Shown: positions 1-11,049 of the stretch, in pieces
Numbering within the stretch: position 1 is the stretch's first letter
Layout: every line of letters starts with the position of its first letter
Assembly: GCF_035594765.1 (NCBI RefSeq)
Contig: NC_085846.1
Coordinates: forward strand, 14,123,190-14,187,189
Source of the DNA: Anolis carolinensis
Lineage: Eukaryota
Direction of reading: 5' to 3'
DNA length: 64,000 nt
Notes under the pieces: model-generated
The model's input: only the letters and a program-made list of their open reading frames with translations
What the model was told of the DNA's origin: nothing
Databases searched by the model: none
Position numbers and translations under genes: made by a program

Positions 1-8
1 CTGTGCTC

Positions 9-42
9 CGATGATGATGATGATGATGATGATGGTGATGAT
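9..42. repeat. (ATG/GAT)n microsatellite
   Basis: gatgatgatgatgatgatgatgatggtgatgata. Confidence 0.9.
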
Positions 43-128
43 ATATTTTATGGTACTGTTGCATTATCGAGTTGGAGGCCACAAGGGGGTGCTAGAGAGA
101 GAAGGGTGGTCCATTTTATGGGGTAGAG

Positions 129-238
129 CAGGCATGGGCAAACTTGGGCCCTCCAGGTGTTTTGGATTCCAACTCCCACAATTCCTAACAGCCTCAGGCC
201 TTTTCCTTTCCCCCATCAGCCGCTTTGCCCATGCCTGG
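129..238. mobile_element. Short hAT-like MITE (CAGGCATGGGCAAA family)
   Basis: TIRs caggcatgggcaaa ... tttgcccatgcctg; same family recurs throughout the window. Confidence 0.7.
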
Positions 239-499
239 GGTAGAGGGTGAGTTGAAGGAGGAAAACCATTTCTCCCAATTTTTGCTGGTTTTTCCTCCTC
301 TCCCCTTCTCATATCATGAACCAACATTGTTTCCACAAGTGGGACATGTGTGGGGGGAATAACAGAAAAACAGGTGGAAATGATTTTACTCCTTCAACTC
401 ACTTTCTACCCCAGAAAATGGACCATCCTTCTCTCTCTAGCGACCCCTTATGGCCTCTGCCCAGATAATGGAACAGTGCCCATTTTATTTATTATCCAC

Positions 500-2215
500 T
501 TCTCTTTTAAAAAAATAATATTTATTGAGTGTTTTTCATTAAAAGTCGTACATTAAAATTGATGGAGAAAAAATAGAAAAAGAGAAAAAGAAGAAAAATA
601 AAGAAAAAAGAAAAAAAGAGATAAGTGAGAAAGAGAGAGAAAAGAGAGAATATATATATAATAAAAAAGAGAAAAAAGAAAAAATATAAAGAAAAAATAA
701 TAGGGTATTCTTGGCTCCCGGGTATCTTCCTTGAGGTTTCTTTACTTTCATTCTTTCTTCCCTCCTCTTAAATTCTCCTCCTCCTCTTATTTCATATTCT
801 GTTGGGATGGATGTTTTGTTTCTCTTCATACCAATATCTTCTTTTTGTTTTGTTTTAAATATTCCATAATTTGGTTCCAATCTGTCACTTTCATATGGTT
901 CCCCTTGCTTTTTGAGATCAAGAAAGTAAGTCTGTCCATATTTGTTATATCCAGAATTTTTGTCAGCCAATCACCCTCCTCTGGTATTTCTTTCTTTTTC
1001 CATAATCTTGCATAACAGATTCTTGCTGCTGTAGTTAGCAAGAATAAAAGTTTGTCTTTATTTTTCTCTTATTTTTGTTTGTATATTCCTAATAGAAATA
1101 TTTCCGGTTTCATTGGTATTTTTACTTCTAGTATCTTTTGGGTCTTTTCCTGTATTTTTTTCCAAAAGGTCTTTGCTTCCTTAAATGACCACTACACGTG
1201 GAAGTATGTCCCTTCTTTCTTGCCACATTTTCAGCATTTTGTGTTCATATTTTTGTAACATTTTCCCAATTTGTGTAGTGTCCAGGGCCGGCCGGAGAAA
1301 ATTTACAATAGTAAGCGGGGGTGGGGAAAAGCGCCCCTCCCCCCGCCGGCGCCATGGGAGGCGTGGCCATGTGCCTCCCGCGGCGCCGGCAGGCTCCGCC
1401 TCCCGCGCCCTGCCCCCGCCTCCCGCCCAGCATCCCCTGGCCCCGCCTCCCACGCTGCGTGGGAGGCAGGGCCAGGGCACGCTGCGTGGGAGGCGGGGTC
1501 AGGGCGAGTAGCGTGGGAGGCGGGGCCAGGGTTGGCCCCACTTCCCGCGCTACTCACCCTCGCCCGTCTGGCCTTTTCCAGCTGGCCAGACTGCAGTGGA
1601 CCTCCCGCCCAGCGGGACCAGGGCACGCTGGGCGGGAGGCAGGGCAAGTAGCGCGGGAGGCGAGGCCAGGGCACGCTGGGCGGGAGGCAGGGCACCGCCC
1701 TGACGGTGCCCCACCTCCCGCCCAGCACGCCCTGGTCTAGCTGGCCCAAGTTGCTGGACGCAGGCGCAGATCGCCCAGCCGATCTGCACCTGCATCCAGC
1801 AACTTCCGCGCTTTGCCGTTTGGTGCGGCGTGGCGGCTGCAGCGGCGGCGCTACGGGGCACTGTTGAGGCATCAACAGCGCCCCCTAGCGGCGTGCGCCC
1901 GAGGCCACGGCTTAACGGGCCTCATAGGTCAAACCGGCCCTGGTAGTGTCCCATCCGTGTGACATTTTTTATCCAATATTCTTTTAAGTCAATTGCGTAT
2001 GTATATTTTAGGTTTTTTGGCCATATTTCCTCCCATTCCTTTCCTAATAGTTCTCCCGATGTTTTCTTTCCATCTGATCATGTATTCCTTCTCTCTTTCT
2101 GTCTCTGTGGCCCAGTCCAATAATTTCCTGTATATTTTGGTTATTATCTTCCTTATTATCTTATTCCAGACCCCATCTTCCTCTGAGAAGCCTTTCTCTT
2201 TATATTTACCCAAAA
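500..2215 (-). mobile_element. 5'-truncated, frameshifted L1 LINE (ORF2 C-terminus plus 3' UTR), interrupted by a hAT element
   Basis: Minus-strand ORF pieces KIYRKLLDW..EYMIRWKENIG and LTTAARICYARLWKKKEIP..W..KILDI are typical L1 ORF2 C-terminal motifs; pyrimidine-rich 3' UTR and AATAAA (tttatt near 521 on +). Confidence 0.75.
1283..1942. mobile_element. Non-autonomous GC-rich hAT DNA transposon (660 bp)
   Basis: TIRs cagggccgg / ccggccctg; perfect 8-bp TSD GTAGTGTC at 1275-1282 and 1943-1950; internal gggcacgctg..gggaggc repeats in both orientations. Confidence 0.9.
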
Positions 2216-3104
2216 AAATGATGGTTCCAGGCAGGGTACCAAAACAAAACAAAACAATGAACACAAAAATCCAATTAATCACTAAATTACATAAACTATA
2301 TATGTATATGCCAAGCCTTTGCCAGCTATTTATGCCCCATAACGGAAGATGGTCCAAAACAGTGGGATCAGCACTTCGAGTTATTGTTTCTGGTTTGGAT
2401 TATTTTGCATTTGTTGGAGCGAAGATTTCCAGAGTAAAAATGAGAAAGTGGCTCTGTACCTTTTAACAGTTGTGCAGAAGTTGACATTTTGATGGCTGTC
2501 ACTTATTACCTGATTGCACGACAACTCCTGATAAAATGTTCTCTTCTACACAACTGCTAAAGGTACAGGAGCCCACTTCAATATTTAATCTGACAACTCC
2601 AGCAAGGTGATCGCTGACATTTAAAGATTTACAAATTGTTCCATGATATTTCTGGTAGTGTTTGGACTGTAACTACCAGTCCGTGCAGTTTAACACTGTT
2701 CCTGCAAGCTGGGCATCAAGACAAAGTACTTGGATAACCAATATTCATATGAAAGAGGTAGAGTTTATTTTTGGATAGAATATACCTTTTTAGAAATAAA
2801 TCAGTTTTGCATTGTTTGTATACATGGTTGTATCTACTGTGACACCTTGCATCTTTATTGAATTTTATCTAGTACACATTAGTTTGTCATGTAATTATGA
2901 ACTTCTGTAACATCTAACAGCAATTTTAGATACTGTAGCACTATTTGGCAGACACATGCACGTACAAACATACATCCACATTTAGTTTCGATACACTCCT
3001 ATTCTAGAAGTCCCACAGCTTTCGATTTCTCCTCCCTTTCCAATTCACAGATCTGGGCACCCTGATTCAAGAAGCCAAAACCTATAAGGAGTGGTTCGGG
3101 GAGA

Positions 3105-3460
3105 GGATTATATTTCGCTTGGAAAAGAGAAGGTTGAGTGGGGAGATAATGGCCATGTTTAAATATCTGAAATATTTGTCATATTCAGGAGGGCACAAGC
3201 TTATTTTTCTCCTGCTCTAGAGACTAAGGAGCAATGGATTTAAATGGCAAAAAAAGAAATTCCACCTAAATATGAAGAAAAACCTAGTGGTAAGAACTTT
3301 TAGACAGTAGACACTGGACAATGCTCCTTGGAGTGTCTTCTTCTCTGGCATTTTTTAAACAGAGGCTGGATGGCCATCTGTCAGGAGTGCTTTATGTATT
3401 CCTGCGTAGCAGAATGAAGTTGGACTGGCGCTTGTGTTCTCTTCTAACTCTATGATTCTG
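3105..3460 (+). mobile_element. CR1 LINE 3' fragment (paralog at ~9150-9485)
   Basis: ttggaaaagagaaggttgag...ctggatggccatctgtcaggag...ttctaactctatgattct CR1-type 3' end. Confidence 0.7.
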
Positions 3461-4230
3461 TGGCAATTGGATGAAAGCTATAGACTCTTCCCCAGATATA
3501 TATACTTAAAATAAAAAGAAGGGTCATTTGTGCACCCAGTTCACAAGGACCTGTTTATGCCCATCTATTGATTCCAGGGGAGGTGGTGGTTCGGAGGCCG
3601 GAAAAGTTTTCCAAATTCTGGTCTTCCAGGTGTCTTGGGTCCTCTTTCTACACTGTGATATAATCCGAATGATCAAAGCAAAGAATCCACATTATCTGCT
3701 TTGAACTGGATTAGATCAGTCTACACTGCCATATAATCCAGTCAGAGCAGATAATCTGGATTCTATATGGCAGTGTAGAAGGAGCCCAAGACTTAATCTT
3801 CCAGAATGCCTGATTATGGGCCAAGGCAGCTGAGGCTGTTGGGACTTGAAGTACAAAATGCCTGGAATGCTAGTTTGAGGATTATAGGATCAGAGGTTAA
3901 GAACCTAAATACCTGTATTAAATGGAGAGAAATGCTGCTAGAAAATGGCAGGAGGCATCCACATTGTAGAATTATTGCACCATTTTTAACTCATATGGCT
4001 CAATGTTATGGAATCATGGACCAGGTCTTTAGTCTTCTTTGCTAAAGTTGATTGGTGTGTCATAAAGTGGATTCAATAGCAGTTTAACATAGTGCCAAAC
4101 TGTATTCATTCTACAGCAGGCCTGGGCAAACTTCGGCACTCCGGGTGTTTTGGACTTCAATTTTCACAGTTCCTAACAGTGGGTTGCTGTGAGTTTTCCA
4201 GGCTGTATGGCCATGTTACACAAGTATTCT

Positions 4231-5220
4231 TATAATAATAATAATAACAACAACAACAACAACAAAAACTTTATTCTTGTACCCTGCCTACATCTCCCCG
4301 GAGGGACTTGGGACGGCTTACATAAAAACAATCCAATCACAGCATAAATTAACATATAATTCATAACTTCAAAACAAAAAAAACATAATATAAAACAACA
4401 TAGTATGACAAATACTCAAAATCTAGCCCTAGTTACTACATATACAGAGGGTGACTAGTGCAATGCTCAGATAAGGTCATAGGTAAGATAGGGACAGGCA
4501 AGGAAGGGCAAGAAAAGTCGTATTAAAACAGCAAACCTATCAAATGGGGAGCGATGATAAAGTGCCGTCTGAATTTGTAAACAAGATACATGGCAGGTGG
4601 GCCTCTTCAAACAAAAGTGCACCAGCACAACCATGTTTTTAGCTCTCTGTGGAAGATAGACAAGGAGGGAGCCAGTCTAATCTCCCTGGAGAGCGAGTTC
4701 CAGAGTTGAGGAGCCACCACCGAGAAGGCCCTCTCTCTCGTCCCCACCAACCATACCTGAGACGGAGGTGGGAGCGAGAGAAGGGCCTCCCTGGAAGATC
4801 TTAGAGTCCGTGTGGGTTCATAGGGGAGGAGGCGATCATGGAGGTAAGCTGGTCCCAAGCTGTTTAGGGCTTTGTAGATGATAACCTGCGCCTTGAATTG
4901 GGTCCGGAAACTTATCGGTAGCCAATGGAGCTGTTTAAGCAGAAGGGTTTGAAATCGGACCGCTTTCTGTAACTAGCTCCAGTTATTAATCTGGCCGCTG
5001 ATCTTGTACCATTTGTAGTTTCCAAACCGTCTTCAAAGGCAGCCCCACATAGAGCGCATTGCAGTAATCCAGTCTGGACGTAACTAAGGTGTGGACCACC
5101 ATGGCCAAGTCAAACTTCACAAGGTACAGTCGCAGCTGGCACACAAGTTTGAACTGTGCAAAAGCCCTCCCGGCCACTGCCAATGCCTGAGCATCAAGCG
5201 TCAACGCTGAGTCCAGGATG
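4231..5220 (-). mobile_element. 5'-truncated L2 LINE
   Basis: ORF pieces LVTSRLDYCNALYVGLP and GPAYL..RTLRSS..RAFSVVAPQLWNSL are L2 C-terminal signatures; microsatellite tail at 4231-4266. Confidence 0.9.
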
Positions 5221-5477
5221 TTCATCCTCAGAGGTTGTGAGGTCTGTTGGAAACTAGGCAAGTGGGGTTTATATATATGTGGAATGTCCAGGGTGGGAGA
5301 AAGAACTCTTGTCTGTTTGAGGCAAGAGTGAGTGTTTCAATTGGCCACCTTGGTTAGCATTGAATAGCCTTTCAGCTTCACATCTGCCTCAAACAGACAA
5401 GAGTTCTTTCTTTCTCCCACCCTGGACCTTCCACAGATATATAAAACCCACTTGTCTAGTTTCCAACAGACCTCACA

Positions 5478-5520
5478 ACCTCTGACGATGCCTGCCACAG
5501 ATGCAGGTGAAACGTCAGGT
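5478..5520 (+). ncRNA. Minimal type I hammerhead ribozyme motif in a Penelope repeat
   Basis: acct-CTGACGA-t-gcctgc(cacagat)gcaggt-GAAA-cg-TC^aggt; stem I acct/aggt, stem II gcctgc/gcaggt. Confidence 0.7.
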
Positions 5521-5788
5521 AAATAATGCTTCTAGAACATTGCCATACACCCAGGAAAACTCACAGCAAGCCAGTGATTCCTCTGAGGGCAGAGGAGACC
5601 CAAGGACGCTAATGACTGAACAAAGGATGCCCCCCAGGCAAGAGACAAAACCTTTCCAATGCTAATTAGAATGATTAACTGAAACATTAATGCTGGCTTC
5701 CCAGTGACAAAGGACTCTTGCCACACCCTGGACTCTCCACAGATATATATTTTTTCCTTTCCTTGCCTAGTTTATCCATGCCACACAG

Positions 5789-5829
5789 CCTCTGAGGATG
5801 CCAGCCATAGATGTGGGCGAAACGTCAGG
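5789..5829 (+). ncRNA. Minimal type I hammerhead ribozyme motif
   Basis: cct-CTGAGGA-tgccagccatagatgtgggc-GAAA-cgTC^agg; one mismatch in stem II. Confidence 0.6.
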
Positions 5830-6019
5830 AGAGAATACTTCTGGAACATGGCCACACAGCCCGAAAGACATACAACAACCCTGTGATTCTGGCCATGAAA
5901 GCCTTCGACAACACATTCCTAACAGCAATTGTGGGAGTTGAAGTCCAAAACACCTGAAGGGCCAAGGTTTGCCCAAGCCTGTTCTAGTATTCCCTAAACT
6001 CTAGTCGGCTAAGTGTTTT

Positions 6020-6359
6020 GCACTACAACTCCCAGATCATTGGCCAAGGCAGCTGAGCTTTCGCGGATTTGAAATCCAAAAAAACCTGGGCCAGGTAGCT
6101 CGTGCGAAAGAGAGAAGTAAAGCTGTGAATGACTAGAGAGGAACCACGTGATCCCAGGAGGAGGCGGGGCCTGGGAAGCGGCATCCGCGGAGGCCAGTGG
6201 GGCACGAGAGAGGGGGGAGGGAGGCTGGCTTCCGGTTCCGGCCGGGCCTGAACGAGTTGCGGCCTGGCGGTGGGTTCAGTTGGGTTCCACTCACTCCGAC
6301 CGTGCCACGCCGGGACCAGCCTTGTTTGGGGAGCGAAGGAAGCAGAACTGCCTGGGCGG
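6020..6359 (+). promoter_or_regulatory. CpG-rich promoter/5' leader of the ZNF524-like gene (copy of the ZNF865 promoter)
   Basis: ACTACAACTCCCAG 6022-6035, CACGTG 6145-6150, GC box gaggcggggc, tandem ETS-like ttccggttccgg. Confidence 0.65.
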
Positions 6360-6995
6360 ATGCAATCTTCAGAGCCGGAGCTGCTGGCATCAGCCCCGCC
6401 ACCACGGCAGCTGTACTTTTGTCCGTTTTGCCCACGGACGTTCCTGTACCCGTCGGACTTGGAGCGCCACAGCATCACCCACTCAGAGAGCAAACCGTAT
6501 GTGTGCCGCGAGTGTGGCAAGGCCTTCAAGCGCTCCTCACATCTTCAGCGGCACAAGCACATCCATACTGGTGAAAGACCCTTCATCTGCCCGATCTGCC
6601 GCAAGGGCTTCCAGGAATCAGGTGAGCTCTTGCGCCACCAGCGAGTCCATACGGGGGAGAAGCCCTACCAGTGCCAGATTTGCCGGCTGCGCTTCACAGA
6701 ACGCAGCACCCTTCGCCGGCACGCCAAGCGGAAACACGCCCGGGAGACCCACTACCAGCGCTCAGTCGAGGAAGGAGACTGGGAATCAGAAATGGTGCCT
6801 GGAAGTGGTGATTGGGGGACAGAGGACCTTGGCAATAGCTGGAGCAATGAAGCATCAGAGGACTGTGTTGGGGAGGGGAACCAGTGGGGGGAAGCTGTAG
6901 AAGGCGGGAGAGGAAACAGTCCCATAATCATTTCACACCTGCCTGAGACTGAACATATCAAGGACAAAGACAAACTTGGAACACAACTTCCATAA
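6360..6995 (+). CDS. ZNF524: C2H2 zinc finger protein, ZNF524-like, 4 fingers, 211 aa from the first ATG
   Basis: [23 protein letters not shown]...[24 protein letters not shown] matches recalled ZNF524 fingers; acidic tail; position just upstream of ZNF865; AATAAA at 7021-7026. Confidence 0.8.
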   Translation: MQSSEPELLASAPPPRQLYFCPFCPRTFLYPSDLERHSITHSESKPYVCRECGKAFKRSSHLQRHKHIHTGERPFICPICRKGFQESGELLRHQRVHTGEKPYQCQICRLRFTERSTLRRHAKRKHARETHYQRSVEEGDWESEMVPGSGDWGTEDLGNSWSNEASEDCVGEGNQWGEAVEGGRGNSPIIISHLPETEHIKDKDKLGTQLP

Positions 6996-7828
6996 ATGCA
7001 CAAAGCCTTGGGGCACCAGGAATAAAGGCAAACGGGGAACTGCAATTTTGCCTTGCAGTTTATCTAAAAGGACCTAGACCTTTGCAATGGCACTCAAGAT
7101 GGACATGAACATAAGGATGAGACTCTAACCTCAAGGACTGCTCTAGAACAGAGGAATATGAATGCAATAGCATTGCCAAAGACTGGAGATTTCTGTTGGT
7201 GGGCAGAGCGTCGTGGCTGCCCACTCCTGTGAATGAATATACAATATCATGATATCCAGAGTTATTGTTGAACTGGAGGAAGAGCCTCCTGTATTAACCT
7301 CTCTACAGGGTGGAGGAAATGGAACAGAGAATTTTGTTCTGTTAAGTATCTTGTGATTTTCAAGATAAATGAGTGCTGAGATAATTATGCTCCTCTCATA
7401 ATTGTACCAAACAAAACATTGATATTCGGTAATCTTCTGCAAGATGAATTGTCAATTTCCAAGTTTTTGTTTTTAAAGTTTCCTTTTTAAGATCAGCCTT
7501 TATGGAATAGGACATTTTCAGTTCTCAAACATTTCAATGAAATAACATGTGCAAAAGAACAATAGTTTTGGGGCGTTCTGTTTTTCTGTGTTTTGTCCCT
7601 CTTCCCATACCACCACATCCAGGAAATGTTATCAAAAGCTGGGAGATATTATTCTCTTGCTCTTTGCAGACTTCAGTTGTAGTGCAAGAGTTTTAGAGCA
7701 AGAGGGTGTGTGAACGTATTGCTAAGTATGGGATTGTTGTTTATGCGCCTTCAAGTCAGATCCCATTTATGGCAACCAAAATATAGGGGTTTCATTGCAA
7801 GATTTATTTACAGGAGGTTTGCTTGACT

Positions 7829-8155
7829 AAGGGAGCCCTGGTGGCGAAGTGTGTTAAAGCACTGAGCTGCTGAACTTGCAGACCAAAAGGTCCCAGGTTC
7901 AAATCCCAAGAGCGGAGTGAGCGCCCGCTATTAACTCCAGCTTCTGCCAACCTAGCAGTTCGAAAACATGCCAATGTGAGTAGATCAATAGGCACCGCTC
8001 CGGCGGGAAGGTAACGGGGCTCCATGCAGTCATGCCGGCCACCTGACCTGGAGATGTCTATGGACATCGCCGGCTCTTCGGCTTAGAAATGGAGATGAGC
8101 ACCAACCCCCAGAGTCAGACATGACTGGACTTAACGTCAGGGGAAAACCTTTACC
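7829..8155 (+). mobile_element. Sauria SINE
   Basis: tRNA-like head gggagccctggtggcg..ggttcaaatccc, tail acctttacc, TSD ttgcttgact (7819-7828 / 8156-8165). Confidence 0.9.
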
Positions 8156-10564
8156 TTGCTTGACTGAGTGAGCCTGCAAATCCTAGTCTCCAGAAGTGCT
8201 AGGCCAACATTGTACCCATGCTGGCTCTAAGTGTGGGATGATGTATCATCATTGTGATTTTCATCTGTGAAAAATGGAAGATAACGCAAGGTGAAGGAGA
8301 ACATAAATCTGATTTTCCCTTCTTGTCTCTGCATATGCCAGCAGCAAGAGAGGAGTTACTGATATAAAGTGGTTACTGTCTCTGATAACTGATATAAAGT
8401 GGCTACTGTCTCTGTCTACCTCTTAGCCCCATCCTCTTTTAATCAATGTGCAGTACATTGGGTAAGGAGCATTAATATAAGATTCAGAAGCTTTGCAAAA
8501 CCTTTGGAGGTAAAAACTATTTCAAAGTGTCTTTTCTATAGTCCCCACTATCATGTCCAGGGAACCAATTTGTTTAGAAGGACAACATGACATGTGCCAC
8601 CATCTCAGACTTTTCCCATCTCTTCCTAGTTTGCAGTTCATGGTGATAAGTCATGAGGTCAGTGTAAAACAGGATGAACTTTGCAATTATATGTGTCACC
8701 TTGAACCTTTTGAGGCTGTCCTTAGCACATTTGCAGACCATATTTGGCAGTACAACGAGCATGAGGACTAAGTACTTGGAGAAGCAATATTCATATGAAA
8801 GAGGTAGAGTTAATGTTTTGGATAGAAGATAAATTTTAGAAATAAACCAGTTTTGTATTGTTTGTATAAATGGTTGTGTCCATTGTGACACCTTGCATCT
8901 TTATTGAATTTTATCAAGTACACATTAGTTTACTATGTAGTTATGAACTCCTGCAATGTCTTAACAGCAATTTTAGATGGCAATATTTAGCAGACACATG
9001 CATGTGCAAACATACATCCACATTTAGTTTAGATACACTCCTATTTTAATAGTCCCACAGCTTTCCATTCCTCTTCCACTTCACAGATCTGGGCACCCTG
9101 ATTCAAGAAGCCAAGCCCTTTGAGGAGTGGTTCAGGAACCAGAGTATATTTAGCTTGGAAAAAAAGAAAGTTGAGAAGGGATATAATGGCCATGTTTAAA
9201 TATCTGAAATATTTGTCATATTTTTCTCCTGCTCTAGAGACTAAGGAGCAATGAATTCAATTGGCAGAAAAAGACATTCCACCTAAATATGAGGGAAAAC
9301 CATCTGATGGCAAGAGCTTTTAGGGAGCGGACACTGGACAATGCTCTTTGGAGTGTGGTGGAATCTTCTCTGGCATTTTTTAAACAGATGCTGGATGGTC
9401 GTCTGTCAGGAGTGCTTAGTGTATTCCTGCGTGGCAGAATGAGGTTGGACTGGCCCTTATGTTCTCTTCCAACTGTGATTCTGTGGCAATTGGATGAAAG
9501 CTATAGACCCTTTCACATGTATATGTACTTAAAGCACAATATTCAAAGTAAAATAAAAAGAAGGGCCATTATATCCCTTTTCAACTTTCCCTTTTCCAAG
9601 CTAAATATACTCTGCTTCCAGTTCACAATGATCTGTTTATGCCCATCTATTGATTCCTGGGGAGGTGGTTGTTCGGGGGCCAGAACAGTGTTTTCCAAAC
9701 TCTGGTCTTCCAGATGGCTTTGGCCCCTTCGGCACTACCATATAACCCAGATTATCTGATTTGAACTGGATTATATCAACCTAAACTGCCATATAATCCA
9801 GTTCAAAGCAGATAATCTGGATTTTATATGGCAGTGTAGAAGAGGCCTCTCAAAGCTCAAACTAGGGTCTGATGAAAATAGGAACTGCAGCACAAACACA
9901 GTCCAAGGCTTCACTTCCCAGAATCCCTGATTATAGTCCAAGGAAGCTGAGGCTTTTGGGACTTGAAGTACAAAACACCTGGAAGACTAGTTTGGGGGTC
10001 ACTGGGTCAGAGGTTCAGAACCTAAATCCCTGTGTTAAATGGACAGAAGGGCTGCCAGAAAATAGCTGGAGGCATCCATACTAGAATTAATGCAGTTTGA
10101 CACCACTTTTAACTCATATGGCTTAATGGTATGTTATGGAATCATGGAAGTTGTACTGCATTCATTCTACAGCAGGCCTGGGCAAACTTCAGGCCTCCAG
10201 GTGTTTTGGACTTCAGTTCCTAAAGTGGGTTGCTGTGAGTTTCTCGGGATGTATGGCCATGTTCCAGAAGCATTCTTTCCTGATGTTTCGCAGGCATCCT
10301 CAGAGATTGTGAGGTCTGTCGGAAACCAGGCAAGTGGGGTTTATATATCTGTGGAATGTCCAGGGTGGGAGAAAGAAAGAACTCTTGTCTGTTTGAGGCA
10401 GGTGTGAATGTTACAATTGGCCACCTTGATTACCATTGAATAGCTTTTTGGCTTCACACCTGCCTCAAGCAGACTAGAGTTCTTTCTTTCTCCCACCTTG
10501 GACCTTCCACGGATATATAAACCCCACTTGACTAGTTTCCAACAGACCTCACAACCTTTGAGGA

Positions 10565-10829
10565 CTTTTTTTGTGTCAGGAGCAACCCGAGTTGCTTCTG
10601 GTGTGAGAGAATTGGCCGTCTGCAAGGACGTTGCCCAGGGGACGCATGGATGTTTTGATGTTTTTACCATCCTTGTGGGAGGCTTCTCTCATGTCCCCGC
10701 ATGGAGCTGGAGCTGATAGAGGAAGCTCATCCGCGCTCTCCTCGGGTGGGATTCGAACCTGGCAGCCTTCAGGTCAGCAACCCAACCTTCAAGTCACAAG
10801 GCTTTAACCTCTCCGCCACCGGGGGCTCC
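10565..10829 (-). mobile_element. tRNA-derived SINE (second Anolis-type family)
   Basis: Poly-T on +, ggattcgaacc B-box complement, TSD acct(t/c)tgagga at 10554-10564 / 10830-10840; homologous to 45660-45927 and 55499-55771. Confidence 0.85.
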
Positions 10830-10830
10830 A

Positions 10831-10871
10831 CCTCTGAGGATGCCTGCCATAGATGCAGGCGAAACGTCAGG
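10831..10871 (+). ncRNA. Minimal type I hammerhead ribozyme motif
   Basis: cct-CTGAGGA-t-gcctgc(catagat)gcaggc-GAAA-cgTC^agg with a fully Watson-Crick stem II. Confidence 0.7.
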
Positions 10872-11049
10872 AAATAATGCTTCTGGAACATAGCCATGCA
10901 GCCCGGAAAGCAGCAAGGCAGTGATTCCGGCCATGAAAGCCTTCGACAACACATTCCTAAATGCAATTGTGGGCGCTGAAGTCCAAAACACTTGGAGGGC
11001 GGAAGTTTGCCCAGGTCTGTTCTAGTATTCTCTAAACTACATGTTTTGG

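Larger units (their letters stand above)
4117..5981. mobile_element. Nested cluster: hAT MITE interrupted by an inverted/tandem Penelope-like element (4181-5914), itself interrupted by L2
   Basis: MITE ends caggcctgggcaaactt and tttgcccaagcctg; ttcctaacag duplicated on both sides of the Penelope; Penelope repeat in both orientations ending ...gccttcgacaacac. Confidence 0.75.
2713..6345 (+). repeat. Local segmental duplication, copy A (paralogous to 8759-11421)
   Basis: Colinear unique sequence (aatattcatatgaaagaggtagagtt..., cagacacatgca..aaacatacatccacatttagttt, gtgaatgactagagaggaa..cacgtgatcccaggaggaggcgggg) and the same nested CR1/MITE/Penelope insertions. Confidence 0.9.
10227..10952. 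mobile_element. Inverted Penelope-like repeat pair inside a MITE, with a SINE insertion
   Basis: gggttgctgtgagttt... and ...gccttcgacaacac ends; same position as the 4181-5914 insertion in copy A. Confidence 0.75.

Noticed and set aside
1400-1740. CRISPR-like repeat array
   Set aside because: Irregular subterminal transposon repeats in a eukaryotic locus, with no unique spacers or cas genes
1181-1875. Cluster of Pro/Ala/Arg-rich ORFs
   Set aside because: Stop-poor GC-rich interior of the hAT element; no transposase or other domain
6197-6359. Longer starts (6270, 6148, 6197) for the ZNF524-like region
   Set aside because: Non-ATG starts inside duplicated promoter/UTR sequence or in shadow frames; first in-frame ATG is 6360
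7829-7920. tRNA genes
   Set aside because: A/B-box sequences here and at 10740-10829 and 54860-54950 are SINE heads
8358-8414. 30-bp tandem duplication (actgatataaagtgg.tactgtctctg x2)
   Set aside because: Ordinary slippage duplication with no sign of function
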